Below the pieces are notes generated by a model that ran no database searches, was not told the DNA's origin, and saw only the letters and a list, made by a program, of their open reading frames with translations. The position numbers were made by a program, and so were the translations under genes. Positions 17,322 through 24,639 of a stretch of 27,204 bases of DNA are shown here, piece after piece. The DNA comes from a virus. Taxonomy: Duplodnaviria; Caudoviricetes. The DNA lies in the IMG/VR virus record IMGVR_UViG_3300026321_000017, positions 1-27,204 of that record. The stretch is one strand, 5' to 3'. How positions within the stretch are numbered: position 1 is the first letter of the stretch; every line of letters begins with the position of its first letter.

Positions 17322-18247
17322 TAAAAGAAAACCTGTGATTCTGTTGTGGTTGCCCTGTAAGTGTCTAAAGTTTTTAAAATATTGATTGCTTCCCTGTCGC
17401 TTCTTGTCACTCCCATTTCTGGAGTGCCAATTGTTTGAGTAACACCCAAATCCCTGTCTCTGAAATAAATCTTGGACAGGTCAAGACATGCCTGCACAAC
17501 AAGAGTGGGATACACATACGTATAAACAGAAGTTCCTGCCGTATGAGTTGCGGCAGTTGTTCCATTAACTCCACGTTCTACCGTGAGAGTGTTGGAAGAA
17601 ATTCCAGTTATATACATCTGCTCATCATCAACCTTAATTGTCTGGGCAGTGTTTAATGTGGAAGCGTCATTAACTCCCCAAGCCGTTTCTGTTGCTGTCG
17701 CTATTGTTCCTGTTGTTGTTTTCTCAGGAGAAAGGTCATTACTGTACCCCCAGACCCCTGTGACAGCCAGAGTTTGCTGTCCTCCATGGAAACCTTTAGA
17801 AGTATCCTCATTTAACTCTATTTCGACCTTGGGGCTAGTGTTATAGGGCAACAACCAGTAATCATTGTTATACCCCTCATCTAAAGACTCGCTTTCAGCC
17901 CTGTCAGTTGATTTATAACTGGTGATAGTCCCTGTTACTGATACCAACCAACTATCCAGAGGAACAGCGTTTACCATGGCACTGGATGGCCCGATAATAT
18001 TGCCTCCTGTGCTGTTGCGTATGTTCTGGGTTGACCTACGCAATGACCCACTTCCGATATCATAATATCTAGTCTCAGACCTTGGGCCAAAACTCTGCAT
18101 TCCCATGTAGTTGTCTATCCTCACAGATGAGGCTTCAACTATTCGGGTCATGATGGCACTGTCTGATGACCAGTTAGAAGAATAAGAAGTTCCTGCTAAG
18201 TAGTCTCTTAAATCATCTACACTAGCATAGGTGTGTCTGGTAGCCAC
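17321..18247 (-). CDS. head-tail adaptor with inserted domain(s)
   Basis: YASVDDLRDYL...ASSVRIDNY...PTLVVQACL adaptor motifs; unusually long at 308 aa. Confidence 0.7.
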   Translation of the reverse strand: MATRHTYASVDDLRDYLAGTSYSSNWSSDSAIMTRIVEASSVRIDNYMGMQSFGPRSETRYYDIGSGSLRRSTQNIRNSTGGNIIGPSSAMVNAVPLDSWLVSVTGTITSYKSTDRAESESLDEGYNNDYWLLPYNTSPKVEIELNEDTSKGFHGGQQTLAVTGVWGYSNDLSPEKTTTGTIATATETAWGVNDASTLNTAQTIKVDDEQMYITGISSNTLTVERGVNGTTAATHTAGTSVYTYVYPTLVVQACLDLSKIYFRDRDLGVTQTIGTPEMGVTRSDREAINILKTLDTYRATTTESQVFF

Positions 18248-18447
18248 TATTTATTTTCCTCTGTTGTTGCTTCTTTATTCTCTTCTGTTTCTGCACTCTT
18301 AGCAGTAGCTTTCTTTGTTGCATGAGTCTTGAAATATTCTCCATATGCTTTCGCTTCCTTGGCAGGAATGTCATATTCCTTACCTTCTACAAAAGCCATA
18401 TTAAGACTTCCAATTGTCACACTCTTCAAGCAGGTTACTTTTGCCAA
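18247..18447 (-). CDS. small protein following the capsid gene
   Basis: AAGGAG RBS, TTG start, charged C-terminus. Confidence 0.6.
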   Translation of the reverse strand: MAKVTCLKSVTIGSLNMAFVEGKEYDIPAKEAKAYGEYFKTHATKKATAKSAETEENKEATTEENK

Positions 18448-18523
18448 TTTCTCTTCTCCTTGTTAGAGGTAGGGAGGACAAGAGGGAGATAATCTTTTAT
18501 CCCCCCTACCAATTTATCCGCTA

Positions 18524-19375
18524 TTAGCTAGCGGCGGCTTTCAGAATCTTGAAGGCGGCGGCAAGTCCAACTTGACCATCACCACGCCTTGTACCGAAGA
18601 ATCCAATTTGGTCGTTCTCCATGTACAGGGAATCATTTCTTCTGATTGTGAATCCAATCCTGTCAAAAATGTAATAGTTTCGGAAATCTCCAAACACAGC
18701 AATTTCATCATTGGCTGTTATGGATGTTGCAAGTCCGTTTCCACTTACATCATTGTTGACTACCCTCTTACCAAGCAAAAACTCAGCAGGTGGAGTATTC
18801 AAGTCATTGACTGAATGAACACCTGCGGATGTTGCATTGATATTGTTGATTTCTTTCGATATCAACGAAGGCATTACCCACGTAGCACCTGCTCTGTGCT
18901 GTGCTTCTAAGGTATAGAAAATTCCAAACAGGTCAGCGGCGGTTACTGCTGTTGCAGATGCCATGACGTAATCTGAAGATGAACCTTGCAGAATACCTGC
19001 GTAGTTTGTGGTGTCGTTACCGTTTAAGATTCCGACATCTTCAAACCTTCCTGCCGCTTCTTGGAATATCTGAGACAACAGGGAAGGCAGATTAACAGCA
19101 GAGTCATCTAGCAACTCTCTTGTTACCTTAATTAGCCCACCTGACTTCTCTATACTGAATGGCACTTGGCCCGTCACGGGAGTTTGGTCACTAAAAGCCG
19201 CCTCTTCTGCGATGGCCCCCCAAGTTGCGGATGCAAGTGTTGGAATATATCCATCCTTGCTTGCAACACGGACAACTGTAGATGCACTCCTCAAAGCCCC
19301 TGACGGTAGCCCTGTGTCGTGTATCGTTGTAGGAATAAATTCCTCTGGTACAAAGTACCCACCTTCTGCATCTGT
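18524..19375 (-). CDS. HK97-fold major capsid protein, exon 2
   Basis: TDAEGGYFVPEEF, ELLDDSAVNL, LLGKRV, FGDF and RGDG motifs. Confidence 0.92.
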   Translation of the reverse strand, partial: TDAEGGYFVPEEFIPTTIHDTGLPSGALRSASTVVRVASKDGYIPTLASATWGAIAEEAAFSDQTPVTGQVPFSIEKSGGLIKVTRELLDDSAVNLPSLLSQIFQEAAGRFEDVGILNGNDTTNYAGILQGSSSDYVMASATAVTAADLFGIFYTLEAQHRAGATWVMPSLISKEINNINATSAGVHSVNDLNTPPAEFLLGKRVVNNDVSGNGLATSITANDEIAVFGDFRNYYIFDRIGFTIRRNDSLYMENDQIGFFGTRRGDGQVGLAAAFKILKAAAS

Positions 19376-19678
19376 CATAATACATGAAACTTAATTCATG
19401 AATCTTTGTTACTATTAGAATTTCTTCTAACGGGTCAATCATTTCTGTTGACCTCTCATAGTTTCCTATGAGTTCAGACTATCTCATCATCTCCTTGGAG
19501 ATGTTCGGCACTATTGGTGTATTACGTTCTGCGTTCTCAGAACCCCACCTAGTCGTTGAGCCTTCCCTGAAAGCGTTCAGGGCTTGGTTGCGGATTAGCA
19601 TATCCTTTTGGACGTAGCCTTCCCGACAATTCACCGAATTTGCAACAGTTATCACTAACTGAGGGGACACAGTATTTT
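19376..19678 (-). ncRNA. group I self-splicing intron (303 nt, no homing endonuclease)
   Basis: 5' splice site after U (GAGGAU|), terminal G; P AATTGTCGGGAAG, Q AATCCGCAACC, R CTCAACGACTAG, S GAGATAGTCTGA; removal gives in-frame ...MQED/TDAEGGY. Confidence 0.92.
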
Positions 19679-20140
19679 ATCCTCTTGCATAGCCTTGACT
19701 TCATCAGGCGTTGCATTTTTGAAAAAGATTTCCTGAGATGGTGACATCATCCACTTAGCAAATGTGTCTCTCTGGAACGTAGCTTCTTCTTTTTCCCTGA
19801 TTCCCATTTTCTCCTGCACCCATATTGGCTGTGCAACAGCAGGTAATCCTTTTACCCAAGAAGCAGGTTTGTAACTGGCTTTTAACTCAGCCCCATTGTC
19901 ATCTGGGTCGTATGTTGCAAGGTCACTGGATGCAACTGGAACAGTGTTGATAGGTTTTCCAAAATCACCTTTCATTCTGTCCAACTCAGCCTGTGCCTCG
20001 TCTTTTGCATCAGCATCTTGGATGGCTTTTTCAGCCTCCCCCATTTTTGCCTTTGCCTCTTCCACATTCCCCTCTTTGAGAGCCTCATCAGCTTTCTCAA
20101 GAAGGTAAGTGGCGTGGCTTCTAATTTCTGAAGTTTCCAC
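19679..20140 (-). CDS. major capsid protein exon 1 (delta/scaffold-like domain); spliced product 437 aa
   Basis: AAGGAG RBS and GTG start; charged coiled-coil; 154 codons in frame with exon 2. Confidence 0.85.
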
Positions 20141-20150
20141 AAAATTCTCC

Positions 20151-20804
20151 TTAATACTTTGGTTTCTTTTTCTTGCCCTTTAATTTGAGCAAATCTATTT
20201 GTGCCTGAAGCAATTCTGTGTCTGGGGCATCAGTCTCTTGGACTTCTGTGCCAGAGGCATTTTCTTCAGGAGTTTCACCTGTATAAATTTCCAACAAGGT
20301 TTTTGGCTTCTCCTCATCAGATTCTGCTTTGGAAGAAATTGTCTGTGTTGCAGGAGATGCCCCCCTGATAACAGTGCTTACTTCCACCCAGTCCAGTTCT
20401 TTTATTCTTCTGGTCTGGGACTTTCCACTTCCTTCAATTTCCCACCCTTCTTCTGGGACATTGAATCCAACTGACCACTCCCTGACAAAGTTTCCAGAAA
20501 CATTGGAAAATGCTTCCTTCCCTCCCTGAGTTTCCATGTTCATCTGCATGAGCGTGTATAACTTATACTCGTCATCAGCAATGTGAACTGGTCTTGCAGA
20601 AATAACCTTGCCAACCACTGAATGTTGGTCATGTCCTGCCAGAACTGGTAATGGCAGATTCTTGGCAATGGAACCATTGAAAGCAATAGGGTCAATTATG
20701 TCCCCATCTGAATCAACAACTCCCATTGTGTTTGTAAATGCTTCAACCAAACCCTGTGAAGCATCCACAGCCTTGGCATCTGACATCAATGTTTTCTTTA
20801 TCAT
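20151..20804 (-). CDS. HK97-family prohead protease
   Basis: VDSDGDII...AF, GHD, WSVGF and EVSTVIRGA motifs; start moved to the ATG at 20804 after AAGGAG. Confidence 0.88.
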   Translation of the reverse strand: MIKKTLMSDAKAVDASQGLVEAFTNTMGVVDSDGDIIDPIAFNGSIAKNLPLPVLAGHDQHSVVGKVISARPVHIADDEYKLYTLMQMNMETQGGKEAFSNVSGNFVREWSVGFNVPEEGWEIEGSGKSQTRRIKELDWVEVSTVIRGASPATQTISSKAESDEEKPKTLLEIYTGETPEENASGTEVQETDAPDTELLQAQIDLLKLKGKKKKPKY

Positions 20805-22864
20805 ACCGTTACTCCTTCTGGTACATAGTTTCTGGGCATTGGAATCCAAGATAGAGTCCCATTCGGATGGTCTTCTATGTCATATGCGTCTTCTACGTTA
20901 TATATCTGGTCATTCCTTTCAATGCAGGTTCTTCCATAAGGGTCACCTGCTGGAACATAAGTGTCATTGGGGTCACCATCTATATCAAAAGCCCTGACCC
21001 ACTCAAAACCCTGATTCTTAAACATGTTCACACTGGTCAGGTTCTGGCTTCTCATTATTTCTGTTCTGGCAATCAAAACCGCTCTTTTCTCAGTTTCCTG
21101 CATTACAGTCTTGATTCCCTTAAAGCCTTCATCTGGAACTCCTCTTGCAAGTTGCTCAATTGAATAGCCTCTTTCAAAAGCTGTATTGATAGCCCTCTGG
21201 ACATGCTTGTGTGTAGTGGAATGAATCATCTTGGCTCTGGTTGGCACAGTTGTTAAAACCTGTGCTACCACTGGATGGGCCTCTGACCATTCCAGTTGCC
21301 CTGCCAGTCCACTGGTGTTCACAATTCCAAAAGTATTCTTGGATACTTCCACATACATCTTCCAAAGTATTTCACTAAGATTGCCCAGTTCAGTATCTGG
21401 GATTAATGAGTCAGCAGTAAAAGGAAATCCTCCTGCTTTTTCTATTTCAAAGTCCCTACTAAGGAACCTTCCCAAGATTCCATCCACCCTGCTTTTCTGG
21501 CTCTTAAAATACTTGGTATAAACTGGGGTATATTTCTCAGTTAAGGCATCCCTGTCCCTGTTTAGTTCTTTCCCCATGGCTTTGCCCCTGTATGCCACAG
21601 GGTCATCTTTTTTTTCAGCCGAATAGAGAGCAGAAAAACCAGACATCCCTGCAAGGCTTTCTGTTGGAGACATGGACTCAATGATGTTGGCAGGCAATCG
21701 TCTTACCTCACCATCTGGAAGAGCGTCTTCCCCTACCATTTCCCTTGCTTCATTCAATGTAACAATTCCACTGGTAAACAGTTGAGCCGCTCTTGCGTTG
21801 ATGGTTTCCTTGTCATCAAGAAAGCCCCTCATCTCTGTAAGGTCTACAGCAATGGTTTCACCCATCTCCATGCCAACACAGTAATTAAGGAATCTAACAA
21901 TCTTGCTTATCAAGGGTTCTAGGGTTTCAGAATGGAAAGAAAACCTTGCTTCCCTATAGTTGGAGAAGGTTGACCTCTGTAATCCCACATTTGCCGATAT
22001 CAAAATTGGGGGAACTCCAAGAACTGAACAAATCCTTGATTCTGTATGGTTATGTAAATCAGTCAAAGCCATTTCGGCAGGGGCTGATGCCATCTGCTGA
22101 TAATCAGCGTCATCATCTAATACAGCAACCGAATGGAAGTTATTAGTGCCACCAAATGATGACCTCCACCTTGACCTGATTCTTGTAGCCTCTTCTTGGG
22201 AGGTAAGCCTGCGTTTTACTTTAAGCAGTCCACTTGGAACTCCTGCGTTCTGGAAGAACACCTTGGCAAAGTCCGTCATGGATAAATCAAGGTTAATTGT
22301 CTTGGTTAGAACATGTAATGGGGAAAGCCCATACAAATCCCCATTGGGGTTTGGAAAACTCATGTGTCCCACATCTTCAGGCTTCAGGAAATACTCTTTC
22401 CCATCTACTTCATAAGAATAGCCCTTAACACCTTCTCCTGATGGCATGATAGATACCCTGTCAGGCCGTAAGAGGTAAAGCCCAGTAATCTGGTTACCTC
22501 TGGAGCGTTCTTTAAGAATATAGGCGTTTCCAGAGACATATAGATAAGTTACCAGTCTTTCCAACCAATGATAGAAATCCTGAGTGCCGTTGGGGTACAT
22601 GATGAGATTAGCAAGGGGAGTTCCCTCCACCTCAACCAACCCATCTGTTGTATCTCTCTGTACATAGAATTTAGCGGCGGCTGTGCCAGTCGCAAGTTCC
22701 CTGATACAAGCATGGACTATTGCATTGCGTCCATAGCCCTCTTTTGCGTAGTTTCCATAGTTGTCTTCTGGATAGACAACATTAGATAAATCATTTACTA
22801 ATGGAACTGATGAAGCCACATCATATGTAACCTCTTTCTGGAAGAATGGAAACCAGTTTGGCAT
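20801..22864 (-). CDS. HK97-family portal protein fused to a MuF/SPP1 gp7-like minor head domain
   Basis: GNAY, LRPDRV, GLSPL and LGVPP portal motifs; C-terminal RAVLIARTE...HPNG motif. Confidence 0.88.
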   Translation of the reverse strand: MPNWFPFFQKEVTYDVASSVPLVNDLSNVVYPEDNYGNYAKEGYGRNAIVHACIRELATGTAAAKFYVQRDTTDGLVEVEGTPLANLIMYPNGTQDFYHWLERLVTYLYVSGNAYILKERSRGNQITGLYLLRPDRVSIMPSGEGVKGYSYEVDGKEYFLKPEDVGHMSFPNPNGDLYGLSPLHVLTKTINLDLSMTDFAKVFFQNAGVPSGLLKVKRRLTSQEEATRIRSRWRSSFGGTNNFHSVAVLDDDADYQQMASAPAEMALTDLHNHTESRICSVLGVPPILISANVGLQRSTFSNYREARFSFHSETLEPLISKIVRFLNYCVGMEMGETIAVDLTEMRGFLDDKETINARAAQLFTSGIVTLNEAREMVGEDALPDGEVRRLPANIIESMSPTESLAGMSGFSALYSAEKKDDPVAYRGKAMGKELNRDRDALTEKYTPVYTKYFKSQKSRVDGILGRFLSRDFEIEKAGGFPFTADSLIPDTELGNLSEILWKMYVEVSKNTFGIVNTSGLAGQLEWSEAHPVVAQVLTTVPTRAKMIHSTTHKHVQRAINTAFERGYSIEQLARGVPDEGFKGIKTVMQETEKRAVLIARTEIMRSQNLTSVNMFKNQGFEWVRAFDIDGDPNDTYVPAGDPYGRTCIERNDQIYNVEDAYDIEDHPNGTLSWIPMPRNYVPEGVTV

Positions 22865-22936
22865 AGAACCTCCATAGCTTTGGGGGTACTTGCCTTGACC
22901 ACTGGGTTTTTATTCTACCATATGAATCAAGTCCTT

Positions 22937-23389
22937 CTATGAAAAATTCCGAAATGTCTTCTTGGAAGACACAATTATTTCTTCTCCAGTCTTGGGAAAA
23001 TATATTGCTCTTATAAGAGTTCCTCTGACTTTGTTTCTGTCTTTATGCCATTCTGCATAGTCCCAAGTGCTGAAAGGTTTTCCATCAAACCCTGTCCTTT
23101 CAACTTGCTCATAATCAGCAGACCAGTCTATGCTTTCAATGCTCCCTTTAGAGCCAAAGACTCCAGTATGCTCAATCTCACTTCCTGTTCTAAGCAGATG
23201 CTCTATTTCTTTCTGATACCTCTGCCTCATAGTCAGTTTGTCTGGCTTTCCTGTTGCTATGTTCACCCCTGCTTGGTCAAGGTTGATTGAGCCATCTGGA
23301 AGTAAGTCTGTCTCACTTCCCATAACACAATGATGCTCAGCTTCATTGTTCTTATGGGCTATGAATATCGACAGTAATTTAGTTTTCAT
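22937..23389 (-). CDS. hypothetical protein
   Basis: 150 aa; TAATG coupling to the upstream gene. Confidence 0.65.
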   Translation of the reverse strand: MKTKLLSIFIAHKNNEAEHHCVMGSETDLLPDGSINLDQAGVNIATGKPDKLTMRQRYQKEIEHLLRTGSEIEHTGVFGSKGSIESIDWSADYEQVERTGFDGKPFSTWDYAEWHKDRNKVRGTLIRAIYFPKTGEEIIVSSKKTFRNFS

Positions 23390-23691
23390 TACTCTGCCTC
23401 CACCTGTATCTGTGTCCTCAATGTAAACGGCTTCTTGCCCTTCAGGATAGCCTTCTCTGTTTCCTTCAACTCAGAGCGTAGGTAATCAAATATCTTGGCA
23501 ACGTCATCTTCTGTGAAATTGTTTCTGGTGTTGGGCTTAGTGATGGCTAATAAATCATCAAACTGATTAGCTATACTATTCACCTTATTGGATATCCTCT
23601 TTCTTTTATTGTGAATCATGGTGCATCTATCTTCACAATGAGAATTACACTCAGCCTCATCTCTATGGTAATAAACATTATCCTTAAACAT
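23389..23691 (-). CDS. hypothetical protein
   Basis: 100 aa; AAGGAG RBS within the conserved leader. Confidence 0.7.
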   Translation of the reverse strand: MFKDNVYYHRDEAECNSHCEDRCTMIHNKRKRISNKVNSIANQFDDLLAITKPNTRNNFTEDDVAKIFDYLRSELKETEKAILKGKKPFTLRTQIQVEAE

Positions 23692-23736
23692 TGCTAACTC
23701 CTTGGGGGGAGTTGCCTCCCCCCTTGCTTGTTTTAG
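23691..23736 (-). repeat. conserved leader: CTAAAACAAGCAA-GGGGGGAG(GCAA)CTCCCCCC-AAGGAGTTAGCAA
   Basis: 8-bp GC stem with a GNRA loop between the AAACAAG box and the SD. Confidence 0.8.
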
Positions 23737-23741
23737 TTATA

Positions 23742-23927
23742 TCAACAGTACCAACATTCACAACAATTACATGGATATGAATTCAAAGGCTCATACCTAC
23801 ATTTATGAACCAAATTACAGACATATTCTTCTTCCTCAGAAACTGGGGAGGTGGAATCTACCGTATCCTCATTTAGTTCCAATATGTATTCCATATATTC
23901 AGTGTCTTGCTCTGTGAAACCTGCCAT
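23742..23927 (-). CDS. small acidic protein with Cys-rich C-terminus
   Basis: AAGGAG RBS; ends CNCCECWYC. Confidence 0.6.
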   Translation of the reverse strand: MAGFTEQDTEYMEYILELNEDTVDSTSPVSEEEEYVCNLVHKCRYEPLNSYPCNCCECWYC

Positions 23928-23933
23928 CTTTCT

Positions 23934-23975
23934 TAACTCCTTTTTGGGGGGCTTTCGCCCCCCTGCTTGTTTTAG
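23934..23975 (-). repeat. conserved leader: CTAAAACAAGCA-GGGGGGC(GAAA)GCCCCCC-AAAAAGGAGTTA
   Basis: Near-identical to 4276-4316. Confidence 0.8.
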
Positions 23976-23980
23976 TTTCT

Positions 23981-24208
23981 TTATAGAGAGCCTACAACAC
24001 CAGTGATGTAGTCCAAGCTGATTTCACCGTTCTTAACAATCCTAAGAATTTCAAGATTGTTTGTGAAGGAATCTTTCCATGTTTTGGAATTCACCCTAGT
24101 GCCATATACAGCTTCAAACTCACCAACATTATGGGTGGTAACCCTGTAAGTGGTAACCCTGTTCATATCCCTTTGTGCAGTGACTATGGTGTTTTCTTTG
24201 ATATTCAT
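23981..24208 (-). CDS. hypothetical protein
   Basis: AAGGAG RBS; first gene after promoter 24242-24270. Confidence 0.7.
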   Translation of the reverse strand: MNIKENTIVTAQRDMNRVTTYRVTTHNVGEFEAVYGTRVNSKTWKDSFTNNLEILRIVKNGEISLDYITGVVGSL

Positions 24209-24241
24209 GTTTAACTCCTTACTAAATTTGTTTATATGGGA

Positions 24242-24270
24242 ATCTTACCTGAACTATTTACATATGTCAA
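24242..24270 (-). promoter_or_regulatory. sigma70-type promoter with conserved box
   Basis: TTGACA-N17-TAAGAT; TTGACATATGTAAA at 24257-24270. Confidence 0.8.
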
Positions 24271-24289
24271 CACCTAATCTTACGAATAT

Positions 24290-24403
24290 CTAAGCAAAGT
24301 TTTTATGCTTGCATCTGGAGCAGACAATGATAGTTCCTTTTACTGCATATTCAGCCAGAAGTTTATTGCACATGGCACATCTGAAATACTTCACCATATT
24401 CAT
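24290..24403 (-). CDS. Mu Com-like zinc-ribbon regulator, 37 aa (below the ORF-track cutoff)
   Basis: Manual translation MNMVKYFRCAMCNKLLAEYAVKGTIIVCSRCKHKNFA; RCxxCNKLLA...CxRCKxxN pattern; ATGA overlap with the upstream gene. Confidence 0.75.
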   Translation of the reverse strand: MNMVKYFRCAMCNKLLAEYAVKGTIIVCSRCKHKNFA

Positions 24404-24639
24404 TTACCTGTCCTGATTATGGGCGTATTGGGGAATCTCTTATTGTATTGATTGATTAACTGAGCCACCCTTGACGCACTAACGTCAACATGGGTGGCTA
24501 TTTCAGCCAATGTGATTTTGGGGTTTTCAATACACAGGTTATTTATAACCTCATATCTTTGGTCTAATTTCCGTAAATCGTCAGCGTTAAACCGTCCATA
24601 GGGACGGTGAATATAATAAGAGGGCATATTCTTTACCAT
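24400..24639 (-). CDS. HTH DNA-binding protein
   Basis: NPKITLAEIATHVDVSASRVAQLI. Confidence 0.7.
   Translation of the reverse strand: MVKNMPSYYIHRPYGRFNADDLRKLDQRYEVINNLCIENPKITLAEIATHVDVSASRVAQLINQYNKRFPNTPIIRTGK

Noticed and set aside
18448-18520. Stem-loop after the capsid gene (GGTAGGGG...TCCCTACC) as a terminator
   Set aside because: There is no U-tract; it may be a stability element, but the evidence is too weak to call.
19655-19657. Stop-codon readthrough or alternative genetic code joining the capsid halves
   Set aside because: The intervening 303 nt carry full group I signatures and further in-frame stops, and other genes read normally with the standard code.
19479-19670. 63-aa ORF inside the intron as a homing endonuclease
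   Set aside because: It is too short, has no HNH, GIY-YIG or LAGLIDADG motif, and runs through the catalytic core elements.
23691-23975. CRISPR or mini-array from repeated hairpins
   Set aside because: The repeats are separated by whole genes, not by constant-length spacers.
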